This document shows positions 12,181-24,184 of a DNA stretch of 64,000 bases, piece by piece; the stretch's first letter is position 1, and each line of letters begins with the position of its first letter. The translations under genes were made by a program, and so were the position numbers. The DNA comes from Basidiobolus meristosporus CBS 931.73 (Eukaryota > Fungi > Basidiobolomycota). The stretch is taken from NCBI GenBank assembly GCA_002104905.1, contig MCFE01000148.1:1-64000 (forward strand), in the 5' to 3' direction. A model generated the notes under the pieces. That model was not told the origin of the DNA. It searched no databases and saw only the letters and a program-made list of their open reading frames with translations.

Positions 12181-15100
12181 ATCGCAAATGTGATCGCAAT
12201 CATGTGTCTCATTCCGACATTCATATACCATATTGTATCGTGAAAAGATTGACTGTACAAGGGCGGTCTGATTCGAGTACGATGGATGAATCGGGTAAAG
12301 CCGCCCCGGTCGGAAACTCGGCATCAAGCAACGATAGCAAAGCTTCAAGCCATGTCGAGTGGCCTATTCGTGTGCTATTCTTGGATCATTGGCTCTTCTA
12401 AGGCAAACGCTGGTTCCACAGGCACCATCATTCTACACCAATGCTTATTAGACAACGCATTTCTAGGAAGCGATTTTGATACTGAATTGATCTTGATGAA
12501 GCTTATCTTGTGGTCCACCGCTAGCAAGTAATTGCTACCACCGTGTGTAACGGTATACACAATGAAAGGTGGTATTTGAGCCAGTTTTGAGCGGTGTATT
12601 CCCAGCGATTTGGAGTACCTCAGCCACAATAGGCGACAGACCTTTTTTGAATCGGTTCTCACAACTATAGATAATCATGAGGAGCGTGATCCAATTTGCT
12701 TGGGAGTAGGACAATGGTTGCTCAGACGAGAGCCGTCCGACAAAGTAATCAGTTGAGGTTGATAGGTACAAGCCATGCTGTGGCTCGCAAGAGCAGTAAA
12801 CGGGAACAACAACGTTGCGGTGGTTTATTTGAACAACAAGGCTTTGCCATGAGGATGAGAAAAGCCTACATGCGCGGTATCTGGTCAAGGGGAATATCCA
12901 CTGCTAGACAACGGAATCCAAATAACGGCGTGGGCTCGTTTTCCAATGAGTATTCTGATTTTTTATCGAGTGTGTTCGGTAAATTAACCAATCGAACACC
13001 AACCTGCGTGATCACACGCAGGTTGAGATCTTCGCCAAAACCGTCTCCCGCCTGAGGCTACGTTTCGAGTTGAGAGATTATATTGCTCTCACGACGAGCC
13101 TGATTGATAACTTTCAAGGGGTAATTTGTGTGGCAAAGATCCCACCGAGCTGCTACCACTCGCCCCAGTGTTACATGAACAACAATTGTGATCCAACGTG
13201 CTATTGCTCCTTCAAGTTATTGCAGGATCCGTTTGCAGACCACCCAAACAGATGGAATCTGAGCAGGTCAACAGTATCCGATAGGCACCATACCTCTGCC
13301 CAACATGGTGAACTCTAAATGCTTAAACCCGCGATAAGCCAACTTCCTACCATTTATGTTACCGTAAACAATAGAAGAGATTATATCTCCAAGATAAATT
13401 AAGCAATTCAGGATCGGGTTGCTCAAATCTTGGAGTTCCCCACTGTAAACACCAGATTCAGATTCCAGATTGTGGATGTTATGGATGTAACCCACCGAAT
13501 ATCCAAAACTCGAACTACCTGTTGCCAACTACGCCCGTATACCAGCGGGAAACGCAAGCAACAGGTACTATCCAAAACCACCAGTTTCATCGTGAGCCCG
13601 AGCCTCGAACTTGGTGAATCTTCCACTCACCAAAACCGGTTCAAACATCCTACTTCCAAGGTGCCTATCCTGGCTGCATGGGCGGATCTTTGCCGCTTGC
13701 CAGGAAGTACGATTCGAATAGGTTGTTCCCGGAGTAAACTCAGCCCCTCTGCGAATCTAAAATATACCTTTTCTTGGTGCGTACATTGGGGAGAAGGAAG
13801 CTCTGGAGAGGGGCTGGTAGCGTATCCCGTGTCCGAACTGGACATTGTTGGAGCTTTGTGAACCCGATCATTAACCAAATGCCTTCGAATAAAATGATAG
13901 TTTCGCTGGCAGAGGTCAAGATTAGATGAGAGTATAAAAACCGGAGTACCAGCACTTGTACCCTGGGCGGATTGTAGGGCTTCCGAAGGAATGGCCTGCT
14001 GTAGCCGCGCTCCATATATTGGTCGAAAATGTACTCATTGAACGGGCCCCTAGCATTCCCATAGTTTCGGGCATATCAAAGCAGTTGAGATAACCAGATT
14101 ATCGGGATGCTCTGAATTCACTGTGCCGGGGTTCGGTGGTTTTCCATGATTCCGAACATGGGGCATGGTCTAAATGATGGCTGAACCCCTCTAGATACTC
14201 TCGCCTAACTCCTTGTACCATCCTGTTTCACCTATAATCTTGCCCAAGCTCGCATGCAAATATCAAATATTCGGATCAGTGGCGTGCTCGTGCATGGAAA
14301 TCTCGCCAATCTGTTTCTGTTTCTGTTTACCAGTCTAGTAACCAGAAGAGCGGTTACATCTGGTGTAAATGTGTACAGGGAAATGATACGATATAGGGCT
14401 TGCAGGGTGGGCGGCGGGCTGAAAGCCGCGCTTCTTTCCATCATCCATCATTGCTAATCGCCCAAGGGGCATCGACAGAAATCGCATTCTATCGTATCGG
14501 AATACCAATGAAATCGGAGATTCTCGCTTTTAATGCTCATCAATTTCCGGATGGTAGCACAGAATGGCCAATGTCACTCTACTGAGGTCTCTAACAGCAC
14601 CTGTCTTCAACACTATCAATGCTTCATGTGATAGTCATCATGGGTGTGTCGACTGATACTTCCTATCACAGCTTGATAATGGAAGCCTTGGAGGCCGAGA
14701 ACAAATACGGTGGGCTATACGGAGCAATAGGCAATGTATTTTCACAGAACGCGGCCCTAGACTGAGTCCAAGTGAAGTAATTTGGGTAGGAAAAAAAATC
14801 AACGGTCTAGTTGGATGTGGCGGTCAAACAAATAACATCAAACAAACGCGTAATCTTGGCATAAACAATATTTGAAACTAAATGAGCTACATGTCCCAAA
14901 AAACGCATGGTTGTCACAAGTATGGCCACATTTGGCAAAAAAAGTTGGTAGCCCATACATCACTGATGAAGTATTTATTTGCTCTGCTGATGCTGCTCAA
15001 ACACACGTGAATAAGTAGGCATGGTGACAAGTATTGCTGATTCGAATGTTTGATAACGTTTCCCAAATACTCATCAAAAAGCTATTTCGTTTTACTGAAA

Positions 15101-15996
15101 CTCACGTAAGCACTTCTTCCACTTGATATTTCCTAGACCTTGGTCAATACTGACGCATATTTTATCACGCAGCTGAATCACTTTGGAGTACCATCCCAAC
15201 CTTTCCTGGTCTTGAGAACAATCCGGAAAATATAAGATAAGTTGGAAGCAAAACCGGGTCTTGGCAGTGCCTTAATAGTAATCTCTCTGATTTATTATCA
15301 CAGTATTAGTAAGTGTTTAGACTATTTATAGAATTTAGAACGGTGGTCAACCCCTGATACAAGTGAAATTTACACCACCGGAAATCCAAAACAAACGCAA
15401 CAATTATCGGACAATTGGTAAAAGGTTGGGGTCGGTGATGCAACATGCTAATACCGGGGACTCATGATATGAAACGAAAGTATATGTGCTCACCTGATAG
15501 TATATGGTGCTTAAATATCCTATTTTCACTGGTGAGGAAGATTCCCTACATATAAAAAATATCTGGAGGAAGGCCCTAAGAATTATTGAGGCGCAATTTG
15601 CACATTTTCCGTGAGAACTACAGCTTTCCCAATCCTGAAAAGCTTGTCACGCTCGAACCATTGGAAGATAATTTATAGGTGGTGAAAGTTTCATATCAAC
15701 ACCAACATATTAGTCATTGGGATTCTATTTTATTAGCCATATTATTTACAGATCAAATTCTTGGTAGGAACTTCAAGTATCTTCACCACAATGCTTGATA
15801 CTCAAAGAAGCCAAATGCTTCAGAGATCTGCTTACACATAGTGGCTTACATTTACTTTTCCAAGATCTTATAAAAGTACAATGCTACTATTTATTCAATA
15901 AGTCAATAGCTACCACATAGTTTGATTCACCATATCACTTCCAAGATCTCCAGAAATCCCACAGCCAAGATGCTTCTCAGGTTCATGTCACATATT

Positions 15997-16272
15997 CCCT
16001 ATGAAAAATCTCAAACTTGGAATTCATCTGATTTTCAGCTGGTGCTTTTGGTTCAAAATATCAAATGCAATTTTTGATAGAAGTAACAGGCCACTAGTTA
16101 CCAAATTTGGCATGGATGCTAGTTGGCCTAGTCTCCACCTGGGGAATCTGTTTGCTTGCCTGCCCATCAGCTAGCAACAGAGATATTGACAGTTGTCAAT
16201 TTTGAGAAACTTGGAATTCTGCTGATATTATGATGGTATTTTGCTGGCCTTTTCTTAATTTTTTTCTTAGGG
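15997..16272 (+). mobile_element. Complete 276-bp non-autonomous CACTA-type mini element with 3-bp TSD (ATT)
   Basis: ATT|CCCTATGAAAAATC ... TTTTTTTCTTAGGG|ATT; carries the AAACTTGGAATTC motif twice and the subterminal motif CTGCTGATATTATGATGG. Confidence 0.8.
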
Positions 16273-17397
16273 ATTGCTATAGTATGTCAAGTGTTGTAAG
16301 TGTTTTGGAGATAGTGGAAGTCATTGGGGGCACAAGTAGATGATGTGGCTTTCACTTGATAACTCATTGAATATACCCTAAGAAAAACAATCAAGATATG
16401 ACCTGTAGAATACCATCATAATATCAGATGGATTCCAGCTTTCCCAAAAGGTGAGTACTCTCAATATCTTAGGCACTAGCTCAGAACAGACAAGCCAACA
16501 TCCTTTCTAGGGGGAGATCAGGCTAACTAGCATTCATTTCAAATTTGATAATCAGCTGCTCATTACTTCCATCAACAGTTGCAACCAGAAATTTGAAGCA
16601 GAAATACCAGCTGTATACCAGCAAACTGTTGCAATTGTTGAGCTGTCACCTAAATACTCATGTTAACTTAGTCACATAGATCCTATTCTGTGATTAGCAT
16701 TCTATTTGGGCTAAATTTCTTGTTGGGACTTGGAATATTTTCACCAAATTATCAAGTACCCAGATTGAAACCTTCTTCAAAGCTGTCCAAAAGACTCAAA
16801 ACCTTGAACACACATTTTTGAGATCTTCCTTAGCAAACTCTACATGTTTATATGCCCTACTTTAGCAAATGTATAAATACCATCTTTTGATCAATAAATC
16901 TATAAGAGAGTAATGTATACATCCTCTAGTTCTCCATATCAATTCCAGTACTCCTCAGAGTATTGCAGCACAAATTACCATCAGAATACCAGCAAAAAGT
17001 TCAATAAGTTTCATCCTTGGGGATAAAGTAGTGTTTACACTCTACATAGACTTGGTAAAGTAAACACATAAGATATATTTTGCAAGGTCCCAATGACATG
17101 TGTGCAAAGTATGGAGCTGTGTGGACAACCTTGAGATTACTCATGCTTTCAGTATCTGATAACTTGGTGAGAATATGCTTAGTCAATTCAGCAATGAATT
17201 TGACCTAAATTCTCCCAAGATTTGCAGATAATGATGTAAGTGACCAAGTTGGGTGAATACTCAGGTATACTACAAGATTCACAATACTCCCCCAACTAAA
17301 AGCTCATACTTACTAGTCTCAATCATGATGGTAGTATTAAGTTTTGTTCTTAGCTCATGAATTTATAAATATGGCAGCAATCTTTTTTTTTCTAGGG
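16273..17397 (+). mobile_element. Non-autonomous CCCTA-family copy (16273-16375 plus 17026-17397) split by a self-insertion
   Basis: The two halves rejoin (CATTGAAT-ATA-AAGTAGTG) to match the uninterrupted copy at 28880-28910; ends TTTTTTTTTCTAGGG at 17397. Confidence 0.7.
16376..17022 (-). mobile_element. ~650-bp non-autonomous CCCTA-family element, reverse orientation, 3-bp TSD (ATA)
   Basis: ATA|CCCTAAGAAAAAC ... AAGTTTCATCCTTGGGG|ATA (second terminus degenerate); body is the reverse complement of 28740-29080. Confidence 0.7.
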
Positions 17398-17906
17398 CAA
17401 TAAACTAAGTTCACCAAGTAGTTCTCCACAGGTTCCAGTATGAGATAATGTTAAATATCACTTGCTTAGTTCTAGCATGAAAAGCTGGATTTCTACCCAA
17501 TTGCATACCTCAATGATTATATTAGAGTATTCTTGACACATACCTAAATTGTCAATGAGCTTTCTTTGCCACATTGATTTTTTGCAGCCTTTCTGGCTGC
17601 CACATACACTGCCTCTCTGGTGGAAAGTTCAATGATCAGTTGCTTGCTGGAATTCCATGATATTACTTCTCTACAGGAGAGATAGGTATCTCCTGATGTG
17701 GATCATCTGTCTTCTAGATTCTGGCCCCAGTCTGCAATGAATAATCACAAATTATCCTGTGCTGAGTCCTTATTAGTGTTTCTTGAGTCAGTATTAGCAA
17801 TTGTTGTATCCAAGAGAAAAGTGTAATAAAACTCTTGAATGAGTTAACTGAACCTAAGTGACAACTAAGCACAGAATCTTAGAATTGTCAAGGGTGACAG
17901 AAATTT

Positions 17907-18280
17907 TTGTGCATCCACATTTAAAACTTAGCTAATTTCACTCCATTAGAAAATCTAGTACCCTTACTGATTTTCCCTAACCCAAACATAACTAATCCCT
18001 GTTATTGTATATTTATCACTTCTTGGAATCTATGTCTTGGCAACTACTAAGTGGTTGAATAGATCTCAGATAACTAATCCTTTGGAAAGGCTTAGTAGAT
18101 CAGTTGAGGATGTAATGACCACATGAAAATTGATCAGGTGTGACAGCTGAAAATAGCTTCTGAGAAGTGATAAAATAAACCATAACAGGGATTAGTTATG
18201 CTTGGGTTAGGGAAAATCAGTTAGGGTACTAGATGTTCTAATGGAGTAAAATTGGTTAAGTTTTAAATGTTGATGCACAA
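17907..18280. mobile_element. MITE/foldback-like element with ~125-bp inverted arms, inserted between copia RT and RNase H
   Basis: 17907-18030 is the near-perfect reverse complement of 18155-18280 (TTGTGCATCCACATTTAAAACTT... vs ...AAGTTTTAAATGTTGATGCACAA). Exact termini and TSD uncertain. Confidence 0.8.
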
Positions 18281-19299
18281 CAGCAATTCTCTTTGAGTAT
18301 TAAACAATCTGCTTAACTATTGCTATGTGCTCACATTTGTAATTCTATTTGTGCTGCCTAATTGCTCCCACAAAATATGACATATATGGTCATGGTCCTG
18401 TCATAATATACACTGAACTGCCAACCATATATTGGTAAAGGATATCTGAGCTTTGTATGGTACCAAGTTCCTTTATTCAATTAGGTTTTGACCAAGTCAA
18501 AATTTGTCACTGTTGGGGTAGCTGCAAGCATACATATTCCATTGTGCACTTCTTAATATATCTTGAATTTACTAAGACTGGCTAAAAGTCAAATGGCTGG
18601 GGTACCTATGTTTATAGAGAGCCATATCCCTGAGTAGATAGTGAGCACTTGTAGATCAGATATCTTCAACTGCTGAATAAGGCTATATTTAGTTGTTTCA
18701 AGTGTTTTTTATTTATTGGTTGTTGTCATAAAATCATCAACTTGCAGGACTAATAGAGTTGAGTGTGCTCTATCTGGCTAATAGCAGATACCATTGTCTG
18801 CAGTGCAGCTTTGCATATGCAGGGGCTCCAAGTATGTGTCTATCTTGTAAATCAAACCTCTCAGTGATGATTGAGACAAGCTATGACTTTCTCAAGCTTG
18901 CAAGCCCAATGGGAGCAATGCTGATCAATAAACTCATCTGGCCAGCTCATAAACATGTACTTGTTAGGCTTGCATCAAAGTATGTGGCTTGACATTGATT
19001 TGGTTAATGAGAAAGTTGGATTTTACTGCAATAGCCAGCATCAATCTGATGGAATTGAACCTTGCAACTGGCACAAAGATTCAGGTGTAGTCCAGTACTT
19101 TTGTTTGAGAGTATTCATTAGCTGTGTTTACTTTGACAGTGGCACCAGCTTTGTATTTTGTCTTTATACCTGTCTGCATCCAACTGAGTTACATTTGGTT
19201 AGTAAATTGACTTGGTCCCAAATTTTATTTTTCATCAAAGTCTAGTATTCCACACTTTTTGCAGATGGCCAAAGGTTTGTCTGAGGCTATTTATGTTGT

Positions 19300-19945
19300 G
19301 AAATTTGTAATTCCACCTAAATATTCACCTAACTTAGTCACTTAGATCATTACCTTCAAATCCTAGAGAATACTGACCAAATTCCTTATTGTGATTTACT
19401 TGGAATATTTTCACCAAAATACCAGGTACCCATAACATGAAAGTTCTCAAAGTTGTCCAAGCAGCCCCAGACTTTGCACACATGTTCTTGGGACCTTCCT
19501 CAATCTATTCTACATGTGTTTTATGCCAAGATCATGTAAAAGTATAAATACTACTTTTACATTCAATAAATCATTAAGTGAAAACCACATAATCTACCTG
19601 TCCTCCCAATCACTTCCAATATCTCCAAGACTTTTACAGCAATTTAGAGCCTCTTCACTGTATGGGGCTTGTCAACATGAGCTGAATAGGCATAGACTTG
19701 TTGTAATTGTTAAGTTATCACCTAAATATTCATGCCAACTTGCCACATAGATCTTACTCTGTGATTAGCATTCTGTCCTTACCAAATTTCTTGCTGGGAT
19801 TTACTTGGATTATTTTTACCAAATTTTCAGATACCTAGATTAAGACCTTGCCCAAAGTTGTCCAAAAGACCCCAGACTTTGTGCATACTCTTGGGAACCT
19901 CCTTAACAAACTCAATATGCTTACTTGTCTTACTTTATCCAAAGT
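19300..19945 (-). mobile_element. Two tandem partial copies of the non-autonomous CCCTA-family element, inside the copia relic
   Basis: 19300-19690 and 19690-19945 both contain CACCTAAATATTCA...GATTTACTTGGA...CCCCAGACTTTG...CTTGGGA, the reverse complement of the 28970-29070 core. Confidence 0.8.
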
Positions 19946-21039
19946 ATGAATACCAAATACTGACTCTGTAATCTAGGCTATTTCTAATTTAGTTGGACCT
20001 TCTGCCTTGTGGCACAGGAATAAACACTTCTGGGTTATTCCTGACTATTAGCTGAGGCTGCACCACTGCTGCATAGTCCATAGGTATGGTAAATTTGTAT
20101 ATTTATGCTCTGATTCAATGCTGAATGTTTGCAGACTTGGAATTGGACTTTTGTTATCATAAGATGTCAATTTTTGTGAGATTTTTGAGTTTCCTCAGGC
20201 AGATATTGCCTTGACTTGCTCAGTCCCTTTACTTTGGTATTTCAGAGTCTCTAAATCCTATTTACATTGCAGTAGCCCAAAAATATGCATTTACACTATT
20301 TAGCTACTGTTCTCACTCACTTCTAGGCAGCTTTTTGGCATACGCTGTGCAACTAAGTATTTTCAGGTGTACTGCCTTTGGTTTGTATTGGTACCATGTC
20401 TCAATTGGAGTAAAATCATCAGGTATTTCCCTAAAACATTGATTTTTAGAGTATGTAGCATTGTTAATTGATTTCATGCATATATCATTGGATAATTTTG
20501 ATCATGGTTCATGGATGTTGCCATTTCATTTATAGATATGTCTCCATACACCAGCACTCCATTTTGCTGTTGAGAGTATGGTGTAGCAGCTTCTTGTCTT
20601 ATCTTATGAATTTTGCAGAAATAGATTAAGAGTATTGAGGTGTATTCTCCACCATTATCTGAGCATATTTGCCTGAATTTCTCACCAGTGTCTCTCTCCT
20701 CCATTCCCTGAAGCTTCCAGAGCTTACAAAGTGCTTCTTCCTTTCTTTACATGAAGTAAGCCTACATTTATCTTGTATGATCATCAATCAAAAAGATTGA
20801 ATATTCTATTCTGCAAAAGGATAAATCTTGCAAAGGTCAACATAAATTTGACTGAACTCAGATTAATCTTTTCTTAGATTTGATTAATGCAGACCTCTTG
20901 CATGGTTGTCTCAGTTGTTTCCCATATATGTGGACCCCACATTACTCCAAATTTATGTCAAAGTATTGGTATTTCTTTCTTTGAGTTACTGACATGTGCC
21001 TCTCGCACAATGCTTTATTGAATCTAACAGTAGTGTGGA

Positions 21040-21280
21040 TACCTTTGCATGCATTGGCAATACAAACCTGTAGAATATGCCTAGTAATGTCCAAAGAGCA
21101 TGTGTGCAAAGTGTGGGGTTACTTAGACAACTTGGAGATTTCCCATGCTTTTGGTACACAATATTCTGATGAAAGTATTATCAGTAAGTCCCAACAGGCA
21201 ATTTGGGCAGAGTTCTCCAAGATCTTATGATAATGATCTAAGTGACAAAACTAATTCCATACTTTGGTATAATGACAAAA
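21040..21280 (+). mobile_element. Partial copy of the non-autonomous CCCTA-family element
   Basis: Core GAGCATGTGTGCAAAGTGTGGGG...GACAACTTGGAG matches other copies. Confidence 0.75.
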
Positions 21281-22034
21281 GTTACAGCACCAGGTACACC
21301 TCATTGTGCAAGCCACTTGGTATTCGAAGTAATTAATGTGTCATTGTAGAGTGGAGAGTATATGGTCAGGAGCTAATTAAGCTACTACTGCTACATTGCA
21401 ATACTACTTCTGGGTTCATTCCAGATTTAATTGCCAAGTTTCCTACAGTTATGAGCAAATATTTTCAAACAGCTTATGGATTACTTTTTATAGATACAGC
21501 CCAAGCCAATGGTGTTGATGTTGCAAGTTTCATAATTTACCTGTTAACTCCATTTACATGGTAGCTCATATTGTAGCATATACTACTTCCTACCCTTAGG
21601 GTTAGCTTGTCACCCAAATATTACGTATCCCGATTGTTGATATTTTCAAAGCTATTTGGAGGCCCCCCAGCTTTACTGACATGCTTTTGGAATTTTTCGA
21701 AGCAAAAATAGCATGCTTGTCTTGTCAATACATAGTTGAAGCACATACGCCACCTGTACATCAATTGATAACTGAGTATCTCAGATGGCCTACTGGTGCA
21801 CTCATCTGCCTCTAATATTTCCAAGACTCCCACTGCTATTAGCATTACTGTCATGACACAAGTCAGGCTTCCAATATTCACTTTGAAATGGAATATTTGG
21901 TGCTCATCCCTCTTTCATATGGCCTTGTAATGGTGCTCCACTACATCAGTCATCCACCTTAGAGTACTTACACTAACTGGCATCATTGATAATTACACCT
22001 TTTTAGCAATAGCATCAATGCCTACACACTTTAT

Positions 22035-22110
22035 CCCTATAAAAAATCTCAAACTTGGAATTCAGCTGGTATTCTGTTGGTGTTTTGCTGGTATTCAGCT
22101 GGTACTTTAG
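22035..22110 (+). mobile_element. Isolated 5' terminus of the CCCTA-family element
   Basis: CCCTATAAAAAATCTCAAACTTGGAATTCAGCTGGTATTCTG, nearly identical to 15997-16040. Confidence 0.75.
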
Positions 22111-24184
22111 GTACAGAAGAACGGGTAACGTCCAGGCGACCCGAAGTGTATACTATCGATTGGAATTTATATACTGCAATGGAGGTACTCCTTGCAATTA
22201 TATCATTGCTTTGGATGGTGCTTGCGGTGCGATACAGTGGATAACCTCCAAAGGCTGTGTTGGGTCTCGGGGAAGTGGTAACTGGACAAATTAGTCTGGC
22301 CAACATCGCCACACTACTGAAGTTGAAATAATTTGGATATAGAGGTGCTGGCAAGGTCTCTGGTTGAAGACCAAGTGTGTCTATCATCCTCAGAGGCATA
22401 CAAGCTTATCCAAGGGAAAACAGTGAGTCCAAAGATGGGTTTCGTAAAGTGTGGGAGCTTTTGGGTAACCAGGAAAGCCTCCATTACATCATGATTGCCA
22501 TATGATCTTCGAAGGTGGCATAATGGAATCAAGAATTTTGTTTGTTTTGTTAAATTGTTGGCAACACTTCAGGTATTTGGTTTGGATCCTGGAGCATATC
22601 GAGCGAATTCCTCGTGTCAGCAGCCATTCCCAGGCATAGTACACCTGATTGGCATCTTGAGCAAACAAGGCCGGATGTCTAATTGGATTGTGGATCAAGG
22701 ATTTCCGGTTCGAGAGATGAAGAGTTCTGCATCCCATCAGGATGATAGGTGGTTCACTATCCATCCACCCAGCGTCCAATGTGCTACAACCGAAATTCTG
22801 CCCATCGATTGGACATTAGGGTTTGTTTCAAACAGTGATACTAGTGCGTTCATATTCATTTCAGACAATTTAATGTAACAGGGAATTGGCCAGGCTCTTT
22901 CCAATGAAGCCTGAGATACGTAGGGGGTTGGAAAGGATTCCTTGCTCTGGGCAGGTCTGGAATATCAGGCTCAAAGTTTATGAGGCGCCGAACACGGTGT
23001 CGGGTGACGAGAAGAGACTGGTACTTACTGGTTTATGAGGTTGAGGCGAGATATTTCTTGAGTGCCTATTGTACTTTGGGTTGCCCCGCCAGGTTGGTTT
23101 GGAGTTTGGATTTGCGGAAACCGTAGAGGTGAGCAGTCTATTTAGATCACCCACTGACTCCCGGACGATGCTTCTGGGAATCCCTTGTTAGTCAGATGAC
23201 AATGCTCGAAAACCTGACGGCCGTATTCTTTACAACACTGACCCATCCAAGCAGCCGATGAGCATCAAGAAGGATACACCATCCAGGGTTCGCTGTAGTG
23301 TATGTCAGGTTGGAAGGCATGTGTCCGATTCGCACTGGGGCAAACGATCGCACCCTAAATTGTATTGAATCCCCCTCAATTGGAGTGAATGGTGAGTGCC
23401 ATCGGAGTACACCATATCACAGACTGGTGGCAAAAGGTGAGCATAGTGTGGAGTACACGATCCGTGTGTATCCGCTACCTGAATGATACAATTCCCAAGA
23501 AGAAATGCGTGCATGTCGGAGACGTACTGGCCAATTTACCGAAGATGGGAATTAGTAATCTCAAACATGGCCATCCTTACCCACTACAAATCTGGCTGGA
23601 TCGAGCAAATCAGCTGCCGAGGATGTTCTGGTTATTTATAGAGCATGATTAATCCTACTCTCATGGTGTTACCAGGGCCTCCCTCATCTGACCATTCCAG
23701 GCATACATGCTCAGATTGGCTTTTTTTCACCACCGCGATGGCTAGAGTGGGTTTCCAGTGCCACCCCATGCGGATGTGAAAAATCGACGTCATCTCGCCT
23801 CTGCTCATAAGTCAGCAATCTATCCAAGAATGGTGCGCGCTTTCTACGCACTCTGGCACCCGCATCCAATTCTACCAAAACGGACCCCTCTGGCTAGTGG
23901 AGCAGATAGCGAAGTGTTTCCCTACCGCCCGACGTGACACCCGAAACAAAAAAGAAGCGTCTCTAAAGCCACCAGCCTGTCTTTCTGACCAAGATGTTTA
24001 TATGATGCTGTACAAAAAAGTTCCATGTTGCTCGAGTTAAGCATCTTCGGGTAGGTGGTTAGGATGAGTCGGGGGGATTGGGCAAAATTAATGGCTGATA
24101 TGGGTTGCTATGCCTACTTGTGTGCCAAGATGGGATGGGTTAGATGAAAAGATATACACATTAAGACTGGAAAGATAAGGTTGG

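Larger units (their letters stand above)
17470..20900 (-). mobile_element. Decayed Ty1/copia retrotransposon (integrase-RT-RNase H) with nested insertions
   Basis: Minus-strand peptides: integrase ICSDNGGEY...QEAATPYSQQQNGV (~20550-20670); RT FVPVARFNSIRLMLAIA (~19050) and YQYMVGSSVYIMTGP*P (~18400); RNase H ADWGQNLEDR*STSG and ISWNSSKQ...LSTREAVY (17600-17730). Domain order is copia-type. Confidence 0.9.

Noticed and set aside
18170-18220. TTAGGG motifs as interstitial telomeric repeat
   Set aside because: Only two non-adjacent copies within a MITE arm; no tandem array.
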